Shown here piece by piece: positions 1-8,761 of a stretch of DNA of 64,000 nucleotides (its first letter is position 1; every line of letters starts with the position of its first letter). The DNA is from an uncultured Actinomycetes bacterium (lineage in GTDB: Bacteria > Actinomycetota > Thermoleophilia > UBA2241): contig CAVPVX010000011.1 of the NCBI GenBank assembly GCA_963709345.1, positions 128,001-192,000 on the forward strand. The letters run 5' to 3'. Under the pieces are notes generated by a model. The model saw only the letters and a program-made list of their open reading frames with translations, was not told where the DNA came from and searched no databases. Made by a program: the position numbers and the translations under genes.

Positions 1-78
1 AGGTGCTCTCGACCGAGGAGTAGGAACGGGTGAGGGGGCTGGTTCGCCGGGCCGCCGTGCGAGTGCACGCCCGGCGGC

Positions 79-783
79 TCACCATCCGATGCGCCGGCCT
101 CCGTCACGCGAGACCTTCTCGTGGCAGATCCGCGTGATGGCGGCGCGGACGGCACGCGCGGCGAGCCAGCCCACGAGGGTCGCCGGCCCGGCGTAGTCCA
201 GGGTGTCGCCGCGCCCGGTGCAGGCGACGACGACCGTGTCCGTCGAGGTGCCGCTCGCCGGATCCCCGGTGGGCGTCTTCACGTCCCACTCCGCGAGCAT
301 CAGCGTCTTCGCCTCCGTCGCGGTGATCACCGCGTTGACGAGCGCCGACGGGGAGAGCGCTGCGTCGGCGAGAAGAACGATGTTGATGGTGCCGGGCCGC
401 GGGCGCGCCTCCTGTCCGACCGGGGGCGTGACGCCGGCGCACGACGTGTTGCTGAGTCCCACCGAGACGACGGCCGCGACCGCGAGCTCCCCGGCCCTCT
501 CTACGGCGACCCGGGCGTACTCGGTGTACGCGGCGGTCATCAGGCCGACGAACGGGGCGTCCACCCCAAGGCTCGCGGCGAACTCGGCGAGGTCGTCGCC
601 GGGGCGGTCGCCGTCGTAGCGGTCGTCGACGTGCATGTTGAGGATCGTGCGGAAGCGGCCGTACCCCCCGCCGACGACGGCGGAGCTGAGCGCCGTGATT
701 CCGTGCTCGCTCGAGATCCTCACCGCCCGCTCGTCGATCATGACCGTCAGACCGGGGATCGGCGTCTCGCTCGTGGCGCTCAC
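79..783 (-). CDS. cbiZ: Adenosylcobinamide amidohydrolase (cobamide salvage)
   Basis: Motifs LSSAVVGGG, VGLMTAA, GTINIV, TATEAKT, SGTSTD. GTG at 783 is preceded by GAGAGG. Confidence 0.8.
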   Translation of the reverse strand: MSATSETPIPGLTVMIDERAVRISSEHGITALSSAVVGGGYGRFRTILNMHVDDRYDGDRPGDDLAEFAASLGVDAPFVGLMTAAYTEYARVAVERAGELAVAAVVSVGLSNTSCAGVTPPVGQEARPRPGTINIVLLADAALSPSALVNAVITATEAKTLMLAEWDVKTPTGDPASGTSTDTVVVACTGRGDTLDYAGPATLVGWLAARAVRAAITRICHEKVSRDGGRRIGW

Positions 784-1001
784 GGCTTGACCTCTCGTGC
801 GGGGGCAGGGCGCCGGCGATTCTAGCGCAGCCGGCGCCGGCCGGTCACGGGTGCCCGTCTCGCTGCCGCCCACCCGTCTTGCCGCCGCCGCGCGACAGGA
901 AGCCGGGCGCGCCGCTGGCGCGCCGCACGAGGTCTCGTCCGGCCGCGGATGGGTATAAAAAGGAGCGAATATGTCTTGATTTGTACGAGACGAGGTGCAT
1001 C

Positions 1002-1844
1002 ATGGAGTTCGCCGGAGCTGTGGCGGTCGAGACACCGCCTCTGACCCGTCTGCTGGACGGCCCGAGGTACGAGGTGATCCCGGTGTCGGGAATCGAGGCG
1101 AAGGTACAAGGCCTTCCCGAGGGGTCGACCGTCAGCGTGACGGCGTCGCCGGCGCAGGGTCTCGAGCGCACGTTCGACGTCAGCACCATGCTGGCCGCCG
1201 GCGGGTACCGGGCCGTGCCGCACCTCTCGGCGCGCATGGTCACTGGGCGCAGCCAGCTGGAGCGCCTCGTACAGCGCCTCGAAGGGGCCGGGATCAGCGA
1301 GGCCTTCGTCGTCGGCGGCGACGTGACTCCGCCGGCGGGCGTGTACACCGATGCCGGGGACCTCCTCGAGGAGCTTGCCGGCCTGTCACATCCGTTCACC
1401 CGCATCGGCATCGGCGGGTATCCCGAGGGCCACCCGCTCATCGCCGACCACCTCCTGCTCGAGGCCCTGCTGCGCAAGCAGCCGTTCGCCACCCACATCG
1501 TGACGCAACTCTGCTTCGACACCGACGCGCTTGTGAGCTGGGTGGAGTCGATCCGCGAAGCCGGTATCGACCTTCCGGTGCTCGTGGGTCTGCCCGGCGT
1601 GGTGGAGCGCCGCAAGCTCGCCGAGATCTCCCTCAAGTCCGGAGTCGGCGCATCCCTGCGCTACCTGCGCAAGAACCGGCGCCAGCTCGCCGCGCTCGCG
1701 CGCAGCCGAAGGTATGACCCGACGCCGCTCGCCGGGGCAGTGGCCGCGCATCTTGACGATGACGGCCTGGGCCTCGCCGGCGTGCATCTCTTCACCTTCA
1801 ACCAGATCGCCCCGACGAGGGAGTGGGTCGCGAGCAACTCGTGA
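1002..1844 (+). CDS. metF: Methylenetetrahydrofolate reductase family flavoprotein
   Basis: Motifs VPHLSAR, VVGGD, GGYPEGHP, IVTQLCFD, HLFTFNQ. GAGG precedes the ATG at 1002. Confidence 0.8.
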   Translation: MEFAGAVAVETPPLTRLLDGPRYEVIPVSGIEAKVQGLPEGSTVSVTASPAQGLERTFDVSTMLAAGGYRAVPHLSARMVTGRSQLERLVQRLEGAGISEAFVVGGDVTPPAGVYTDAGDLLEELAGLSHPFTRIGIGGYPEGHPLIADHLLLEALLRKQPFATHIVTQLCFDTDALVSWVESIREAGIDLPVLVGLPGVVERRKLAEISLKSGVGASLRYLRKNRRQLAALARSRRYDPTPLAGAVAAHLDDDGLGLAGVHLFTFNQIAPTREWVASNS

Positions 1845-1935
1845 CGCTTGCGCGTGACCCCTGTGCCGGGGAGCGGCTCCTACTGCGTCCTCTGCGCCCG
1901 CGGCGTCTGCGACCCGGCGGGCTGTTCCGGCCGAC

Positions 1936-2856
1936 CTACGGCGTCGGCGTCGGCGTCGGTCCGGTCGAGTCCGAGAACGGGCCTTCCCCCGGTGGCGCCT
2001 TCCCGTGTAGCGAAGGCGCGGTGCCGAGCACGGATCCGGCGAGGATCAGCGGCATGCCGACGGCGATTCCCAGGGTGAACGACTCGCTCAGGAAGGCGAC
2101 GCCGAGCAGCACGGCGACCAGCGGGTTGATGTAGGTGATCACCGTGGAGCGCGCCGGGCCCACCTCCCGGATCAGCGCGAAGAAGATGAGGAACGCGAGC
2201 GCCGTGCAGACCAGCGAGAGCATCGCCACCGACCCCACGGTCTCTGGCGACACGGACGAAGGCATGGTCGCGATCCCGGCTGGGGCGTACAGCAGCGCGG
2301 TCAGCGCGAGGGACGCCGCGATAACGCCGATCGCCGGCAGGTCGGTGAGCCACCGGCTGATGACGAGCGGGCCGGCGGCGTAGCAGAAGGCGACCACTCC
2401 CATCTCGGCAAAGGCCAGCGGGTCGCTGCCGCCGACGTCAATCCCGACGAGGGCGGCGACGCCGGCGAATCCGATCACCAGTCCCACGAGGCGGCGCCGG
2501 TCGAGCCGGTCAGAGACCCCGGCCGCCCAGTACAGGACGGCGCCGATGAGCGGGACCGTGGCCACGAGAAGGCCGGCCGTCGAGCTTGAGATGCGCTCTT
2601 CGGCGTGTGAGAGCAGAAGCCAGGGAACGCAGAGCTCGAGCGCGGTGTAGACGAGCAGCCAGCGCCACCGAGGCAGGAGGGAGCGAAGCCCGCCGCGGCG
2701 CAGAGCGAACGGGATGAGGAGCAGCGCCGCCGGGGCCGTGCGCACGAAGACGAGCGCCGGCGGCGGAAGCTCACGCACGGCGATGCGGATGAACAGATAC
2801 GGGAGGCCCCAGATCACGCAGAGCGCGATGAACAGCAGCCAGCCTTTGCGTGACAC
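1936..2856 (-). CDS. EamA/DMT family transporter
   Basis: About 10 hydrophobic helices; IWGLPY and TYINPLVAVLLG...LSE motifs. Confidence 0.85.
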   Translation of the reverse strand: MSRKGWLLFIALCVIWGLPYLFIRIAVRELPPPALVFVRTAPAALLLIPFALRRGGLRSLLPRWRWLLVYTALELCVPWLLLSHAEERISSSTAGLLVATVPLIGAVLYWAAGVSDRLDRRRLVGLVIGFAGVAALVGIDVGGSDPLAFAEMGVVAFCYAAGPLVISRWLTDLPAIGVIAASLALTALLYAPAGIATMPSSVSPETVGSVAMLSLVCTALAFLIFFALIREVGPARSTVITYINPLVAVLLGVAFLSESFTLGIAVGMPLILAGSVLGTAPSLHGKAPPGEGPFSDSTGPTPTPTP

Positions 2857-3053
2857 GTCGCGGTCCCTTCAGTCGCAGCCGCCGCTCATCCTATCGTTGT
2901 GCGGGGCGCGGCCGCTTCGCGCCGGTACACCGGGGTAGGATGAGTGCGGGACCGCCGTCGCGGCGGGACCGGCGTGGCCGGCGCGGCAAAGCGACGGTCG
3001 TGAGCCCGGGTGCGCGCGGCGCAGCCGGCTCGCGAGCGAGAGGAGGAAGCCCG

Positions 3054-3563
3054 ATGGATGTGTTCGAGGCGATCGCCGCCCGCTACAGCGTGCGAGGGTA
3101 CAAGCCCGATCCGGTGGACGATAGTCTGCTGACGAAGGTGCTCGAGGCGGCGCGGCAGGCGCCGACCGCCGCCAACCGGCAGCCCTTCCGCGTGGTGGTG
3201 CTGCACACGAAGGGCAGGGAGGACGAGCTGGCGCGCATCTACAGCCGCCGCTGGTTCACCTCGGCGCCGCTGGTGCTCGGCTTCGTGGCCGTGCCGGGCG
3301 AGGCCTGGCGGCGCATGGACGACAAGCCTTACGACGAGGTGGACGCTACCATCGCCATGGATCACCTGGTGCTGGCGGCGACGGCGTTGGGGCTCGGCAC
3401 CTGTTGGGTCGCCGCCTTCGACCCCGTTGCCGCGCGTGAGGTGCTTGGGCTGCCGGACGATGTCGAGCCCATAGCGTTCACGCCGCTCGGCCATCCCGAG
3501 AAAGATCGCGCACGCACCGGTCGTCGCCCGCTCGAGGAGCTCGTGCGATACGAGCGCTGGTGA
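3054..3563 (+). CDS. Nitroreductase family protein
   Basis: Motifs RYSVRGY, APTAANRQP, LAATALGLGTCW. AGGAGG RBS. Confidence 0.85.
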   Translation: MDVFEAIAARYSVRGYKPDPVDDSLLTKVLEAARQAPTAANRQPFRVVVLHTKGREDELARIYSRRWFTSAPLVLGFVAVPGEAWRRMDDKPYDEVDATIAMDHLVLAATALGLGTCWVAAFDPVAAREVLGLPDDVEPIAFTPLGHPEKDRARTGRRPLEELVRYERW

Positions 3564-3781
3564 CGTGGCGTGGGCGGGTCGGCGCGGCGCTTCGCCGGCC
3601 CCGCCCACGCTTCCCCCCTCCGTTCGCGACCGGCCACGACTTCGGGCGCAGGCCCTCCCGCGCCGGTTGAAGCCGTCACCCGCTGGCGACCGAGCAGCTC
3701 TCCTCATGAGGACGGCCGCCGTGCGGGCGATACTCCATGGTGGAACGTGCGCGCCGGGCGTGCTGAGACTAGGGGAGGCGC

Positions 3782-4078
3782 ATGTTGCAGTCGTGCCGCG
3801 AGGCCGATGCCGCACCCGCAGCGTGGCCCGAAGAGCAGACGCTGCGCTGGCCGTATCTCGCCTTCGCTCGGGAGGCCGTCGCCGCGGACACGCTCCCGGC
3901 GGTGTGCCCGACGCCGACGGGAGCGCTCTGGGAGTTCGACGGGCGGCGGTTCCACGTGACCGACGTCATCGACGGTGTTCGCCGCCGGCCGGCCGACGAT
4001 GTCGCGCTGGTGCCGCCCGGCCCGTGGCTGCACCTGGCCGGTTGCGCCTGCGAGCTCTGCAGGCTGGGCAGCGTCTGA
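3782..4078 (+). CDS. Small hypothetical protein ending in HLAGCACELC
   Basis: GGGGAGG RBS before the ATG; 98 codons; no family recognised. Confidence 0.45.
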   Translation: MLQSCREADAAPAAWPEEQTLRWPYLAFAREAVAADTLPAVCPTPTGALWEFDGRRFHVTDVIDGVRRRPADDVALVPPGPWLHLAGCACELCRLGSV

Positions 4079-4362
4079 CGGCCCCCCCGGGGGTAGACGA
4101 GAGTCCTACGTGACACGCGTCGGTCGCCGCGGTACAGTGCGCACGAGGGCCGACCTCCCCTCTTAGCATCGACTCGCCAGGCTTTGCTTACCCCGGTCGG
4201 CCCTCGTTCTCTGCTCCGACGGCCCGGCAGGAACCGTCCCCCAGGCGGCGAACCAGAGGCAGGGGTCGCCGGCCACACCAGTGCTCATTGGCTCGCTCCA
4301 GCAGTCCTTCGTTGCTCACGGCGGCCCCCTCTATTCGGGCTGCGTGAGCTGTGGAGGCGTTC

Positions 4363-4548
4363 ATGAAGGTCGCGGTCGACGAGGATCGCCGCAGCGGCCG
4401 TGTCGCGCGCGACGAGCGGCGCCCGGAAGTCCTTGAGGCGGCGGAGCACTGTCCTCAAGGGGCGATCCTGGTGGATGCCGACGCGCGCGACGGGTTGAGC
4501 AACCCTGGTCGGCCCCTCATAATCGGTGCTTGGCCTTTTGACGGCTGA
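4363..4548 (+). pseudogene. Degenerate single-cluster ferredoxin
   Basis: MKVAVDEDR...PEV...EAAEHCPQGAI scaffold. The CxxCxxCxxxCP positions are all Arg and the central segment is missing. GGAGG RBS. Confidence 0.6.
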
Positions 4549-4566
4549 CAAGGGAGAACCCGTCCC

Positions 4567-5274
4567 ATGATCGTCTTTGAAGACGTCACCAAGATCTACG
4601 ACCCCGATGTGGTCGGTCTCCAGGACTTCACCTGCCACATCGGCAAGGGTGAGTTCGTGTTCCTCGTGGGAGCCTCCGGCTCCGGCAAGTCCACGCTGAT
4701 CAAGCTCGTGCTCAAGGAGCTTGTGCCCGAATCGGGCCGCATCCTCGTGGCCGGCCGCAACCTCGGCACGCTGCGCCACAGCAAGGTGCCGCTGCTGCGG
4801 CGTAACATCGGCTGCGTGTTCCAGGACTTCAAGCTGCTGCCCAACAAGACCATCTTCGACAACGTCGCGTACGCGCTCGAGGTGGTCGGCGAGCCGCGGC
4901 GCAGCATCCGCCGCAAGGTGCCGGAGATCCTGAGCCTGGTCGGCCTAAGCGACAAGACCAACAGCTACCCTCACGAGATCAGCGGCGGCGAGCAGCAGCG
5001 AGTCAGTGTGGCGCGCGCGTTCGTGAACCATCCGCCGCTGCTCCTCGCCGACGAACCTACCGGCAACATCGATCCCGAGACCGCTGTGGGCATCATGCAG
5101 CTGCTCGTGCGCATCAACCGCACGGGGACGACGATCGTCGTCGCCACGCACGACCGTGACATGGTCAACCGCATGCGCCGGCGCGTCCTGCAGCTTGACG
5201 GTGGCCGCCTCGTGCGCGACGAGCGCCGCGGCGGATACGACCAGGTCGCCGACGCCGAAGCGCTGGGGGTCTGA
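4567..5274 (+). CDS. ftsE: Cell division ATP-binding protein FtsE
   Basis: Motifs GASGSGKST, VFQDFKLL, ISGGEQQRV, DEPTGN. Directly precedes ftsX. Confidence 0.95.
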   Translation: MIVFEDVTKIYDPDVVGLQDFTCHIGKGEFVFLVGASGSGKSTLIKLVLKELVPESGRILVAGRNLGTLRHSKVPLLRRNIGCVFQDFKLLPNKTIFDNVAYALEVVGEPRRSIRRKVPEILSLVGLSDKTNSYPHEISGGEQQRVSVARAFVNHPPLLLADEPTGNIDPETAVGIMQLLVRINRTGTTIVVATHDRDMVNRMRRRVLQLDGGRLVRDERRGGYDQVADAEALGV

Positions 5275-5275
5275 T

Positions 5276-6187
5276 ATGCGCCTCGGCTTCTTCCTGGGCG
5301 AAGCACTCGGGTCCATGCGCCGCAACTGGGTGATGGCGATGGCGGCCGTGATCACCGTGTTCATCAGCACGGCCATCCTCGGCGCCGTCCTCGTGACGCG
5401 CGACAATCTGAACCAGGGCGCGACCAGTCTCAAGAACCGCGTCATGATCGAAGTCTTCATCAAGGACGAGGCACCCCAGGAGCAGGTCACCGCGCTGGAG
5501 CAGAAGATCCAGGGCATTCCCGAGATCAAGAGCTACAAGTACATCAGCAAGGACGAGGCGCTGCGGCGCTTCCGCGAGCGGTTCGGCGAGCGCATCGTCG
5601 CCAACCTGCCGATCAATCCCCTGCCCGCCAGCTACGAGATCCAGGTCAAGGACGCCGATCAGGTCGACGCGGTCGCCCAGAAGTTCTTCGACGATCCCGC
5701 CGTGGACAACGACGCCGGCACCCACAACGGTGTCAAGTACGCCAAGGAGACGGTGCGCAAGATGCTCGGCACCATCAGTCTGGTTGAGAAGGGCATGTGG
5801 GTGACCACCGGCATCTTCGCAGCCGCCGCGGTCCTGCTCATCAGCACCACGGTGCGGCTCAGCATCTTCGCCCGTCGCCGCGAGGTCGAGATCATGCGCC
5901 TCGTGGGCGCCACCAACTGGTTCATCCGCTGGCCGTTCGTGCTCGAGGGCTTCATCACCGGCCTCATCGGCGCCGTCTTCGCGGCCGGCTTCGTCTGGAC
6001 CGGCAACTGGGCGCTCGCCAATTGGCTGCAGACCAGCGACATCAACTTCCTCGATCTCCAGGTGTTCAGCATGTGGTGGCAGAGCGGCTCGTGGCCTCTC
6101 GGCCTGCTGCCGACCCTGGCCATCCTGGGCGCCCTCCTCGGCGCCGTCGGGAGCCTGGTCGCGCTGCGGCGCTACCTCAAGACGTGA
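5276..6187 (+). CDS. ftsX: Cell division permease FtsX
   Basis: Motifs NPLPAS and RRREVEIMRLVGATNWFIRWPFVLEG. Confidence 0.95.
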   Translation: MRLGFFLGEALGSMRRNWVMAMAAVITVFISTAILGAVLVTRDNLNQGATSLKNRVMIEVFIKDEAPQEQVTALEQKIQGIPEIKSYKYISKDEALRRFRERFGERIVANLPINPLPASYEIQVKDADQVDAVAQKFFDDPAVDNDAGTHNGVKYAKETVRKMLGTISLVEKGMWVTTGIFAAAAVLLISTTVRLSIFARRREVEIMRLVGATNWFIRWPFVLEGFITGLIGAVFAAGFVWTGNWALANWLQTSDINFLDLQVFSMWWQSGSWPLGLLPTLAILGALLGAVGSLVALRRYLKT

Positions 6188-6262
6188 GGCGCCGCGCGCG
6201 GCGCCTCTGAGTGGCGGCCGGCGGCGGCGTACAGGAACGCCGCCGCCGGCCGCCGAACTCCT

Positions 6263-7468
6263 ATGACTGCCATGATCACAACGCGCAGGCTCATCGCCCT
6301 CCTGGTCCTCGTGGCCGTCGCCCTGACGCTCGCCGGGGCGCTCACGGCCGTGTCGGCGCGCGCCGAGACGGCCGCCGAACTGCAGGCGAAGCTCCGCCAG
6401 GCGCGCGAGAAGATCAAGGCCGCTGAGAACAAGAAGGCGACGCTGAACGACCAGATCTCCGACCTCGACGGCAGGCTCACGGCGATCGAGGACAAGCTCG
6501 CCGTGCTCGGGGACCGGATCGCCGGCGTCGAGGAGAAGCTCTCCGTCACGCGTGAGAAGCTCGCCGTGCTCCGTGAGGAGCTTCGCCTCAAGCGGCTCGA
6601 ACTCGAGGAGGCGCAGGCCAAGCTCGAGCTCGAGCAGAGGAACTTCGAGGTGCGCGTCGTGATCACGTACAAGACCGACGATCTCGGCTATCTCGACGTC
6701 ATACTCGAGTCATCTGACTTCGAGGACCTCATCAGCCGCATGAACGTCGTGCGCGACCTCCTCGGCGGCAACAACGCCCTGGTCGGCGGCCTCGAGTCGA
6801 CCCGCGACACCGTTGAGAGCGAGAAGGACGCGATCGCCGAGCGCGAGGGCGCCGTGGCCGAGGCGGCGCAGGTCCTGCAGCAGAAGAGCGACGAGCTTGC
6901 CGCCCTGCGCGCCGCCCAGGCGGCCAACCAGGCTGAGGCGCTGGCGATGCGCAAGCAGAAGAAGAGCACGCTCGCCGACGTCAACGACAACCTCAAGCTG
7001 CTCGAGCGCCAGGAGAATCAGCTGCTCGCCGAGAGCGCCGCTCTCACCGGCGTGATCACCGCCTCGTACGGTGGAGGCGGCGGCACCGGCGATCTCATGT
7101 GGCCGGTGAACGGCCCGGTGACCTCGCCTTTCGGGTATCGCATCCACCCGATCCTCGGTTACCGGAGGATGCACACCGGTATCGACATCGGCGTCGGGTA
7201 CGGCACGCCGATCCGCGCCTCTGACACCGGCAAGGTGATCTACGCCACCTGGATGGGCGGCTACGGCAACGTCATCATCATCGACCACGGCGCCGGGATC
7301 TCCACACTGTACGCGCACCAATCGAGCCTCGCGGTCGGCAGCGGCGCCCACGTCTCCCGCGGGCAGACGATCGGCTACGTGGGCTCCACCGGGCTCAGCA
7401 CCGGGCCGCACCTCCACTACGAGGTGAGGGTCAACGGCAACCCCGTCGACCCGATGGGCTACCTCTAG
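6263..7468 (+). CDS. EnvC/RipC-like coiled-coil M23 peptidase
   Basis: Signal peptide, long coiled coil, HTGIDI and GPHLHYE M23 motifs. The start may be the ATG at 6272. Confidence 0.9.
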   Translation: MTAMITTRRLIALLVLVAVALTLAGALTAVSARAETAAELQAKLRQAREKIKAAENKKATLNDQISDLDGRLTAIEDKLAVLGDRIAGVEEKLSVTREKLAVLREELRLKRLELEEAQAKLELEQRNFEVRVVITYKTDDLGYLDVILESSDFEDLISRMNVVRDLLGGNNALVGGLESTRDTVESEKDAIAEREGAVAEAAQVLQQKSDELAALRAAQAANQAEALAMRKQKKSTLADVNDNLKLLERQENQLLAESAALTGVITASYGGGGGTGDLMWPVNGPVTSPFGYRIHPILGYRRMHTGIDIGVGYGTPIRASDTGKVIYATWMGGYGNVIIIDHGAGISTLYAHQSSLAVGSGAHVSRGQTIGYVGSTGLSTGPHLHYEVRVNGNPVDPMGYL

Positions 7469-7519
7469 GGTGCGTCGCTTCCGTTTGCCGCTCCTTCCGG
7501 GACCGACTACCATCTACCG

Positions 7520-8698
7520 GTGATGCGCGCCCTTCGAACCCTCATCGTCGTTCTCCTCGTCTCGCTCGGGTTTCTCGGGGGATACTTCTCGGGCTGGTAC
7601 CTGCACGGCGAGAACTCCATCCGGCTCAGCCCCTCGCAGGAGAGCACCGCGAGGCAGGCGGGAGAGCTGCAGGAGCGCATCATCGAGGAACTCCAGGGTC
7701 GCTACTTCAAGCCGGTCGACGTCGACGATCTCTCGCAGGCCGGCGTCAACGGCATGCTCAAGTCGCTGAAGGACCCGTACACCGTCTACCTCACGCCCAA
7801 GGAGACGCGCGAGTTCGAAGAGAAGGAACGCGGCGAGTACTCGGGCATCGGCGCCTCGCTGCAGAAGGCCAAGGACGGCCTCGTCATCACCGGCGTCTTC
7901 GACGGCTCGCCGGCGAAGGCCGCGGGCCTGCGACCCGGCGACGTGATCATCAGCGTCGACGGCCAGCCCACCAAGGACGAAGCGATCGAGACCAGCATCG
8001 CCCGCATCAAGGGCGACGAGGGCACGACCGTCAAGCTGGAGGTCGACTTCAAGGAGAAGGGCGCTGTGGAGCCGGTCAACGTCGTCCGCCGGCGCATCGA
8101 GATCCCCGAGACGCGCGACCGCCTCATCCGCAACAAGGGCATCAAGGTCGGGTACATCCAGCTCTACGACTTCGGCGGGTACGCCTCGCGCGACGTCCGT
8201 CGCGACGTCGAGGCTCTCGCCAAGAAGGGCGCGCAGTGGTTCATCCTCGATCTGCGCTACAACGGCGGCGGCCTGCTCAGCCAGGCGGTCGACGTGACCG
8301 GGGTCTTCCAGGATGGTCTGGTCACCTCGACCGAGGGCCTGCACTCGCCGCGCGAAGAGCTCAAAGCCACCGGGCCGGTCGCGACCGAGCGGCCGATGGT
8401 CGTCCTGGTCAACGGTTTCTCCGCGAGCGCCTCGGAGATCGTCACCGGCGCGCTCAAGGACCACGATCGCGCGACGGTGATCGGCACCACCACCTTCGGT
8501 AAGGGTCTCGTGCAGAGCATCATCTCGCTCGACGACGGGGCCGCGCTCAAGCTCACCACCGCGGTGTACTTCACTCCCGACGGCACCAACATCCACAAGA
8601 AGGGCATCACGCCCGACGTCGTCGTCAAGGACCTCCCGAAGACCAAACCGGACGATGTGCTGCAGCGTGCCTTGCGCTACATCGCCGCTCAGGACTGA
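7520..8698 (+). CDS. ctpA: S41 carboxyl-terminal processing protease (PDZ)
   Basis: Motifs DPYT, GIG, LDLRYNGGGLL, SASASEI, TFGKG. Confidence 0.9.
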   Translation: MMRALRTLIVVLLVSLGFLGGYFSGWYLHGENSIRLSPSQESTARQAGELQERIIEELQGRYFKPVDVDDLSQAGVNGMLKSLKDPYTVYLTPKETREFEEKERGEYSGIGASLQKAKDGLVITGVFDGSPAKAAGLRPGDVIISVDGQPTKDEAIETSIARIKGDEGTTVKLEVDFKEKGAVEPVNVVRRRIEIPETRDRLIRNKGIKVGYIQLYDFGGYASRDVRRDVEALAKKGAQWFILDLRYNGGGLLSQAVDVTGVFQDGLVTSTEGLHSPREELKATGPVATERPMVVLVNGFSASASEIVTGALKDHDRATVIGTTTFGKGLVQSIISLDDGAALKLTTAVYFTPDGTNIHKKGITPDVVVKDLPKTKPDDVLQRALRYIAAQD

Positions 8699-8761
8699 TG
8701 CGCGCGAGCGCCGGCCGGCGGCTCGTCCGCACTGGCGTCCCGCGCGAGCGGGTCTGATGTC

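Noticed and set aside
880-1001. SAM or cobalamin riboswitch between cbiZ and metF
   Set aside because: Only an AT-rich promoter-like patch; no aptamer consensus recognised.
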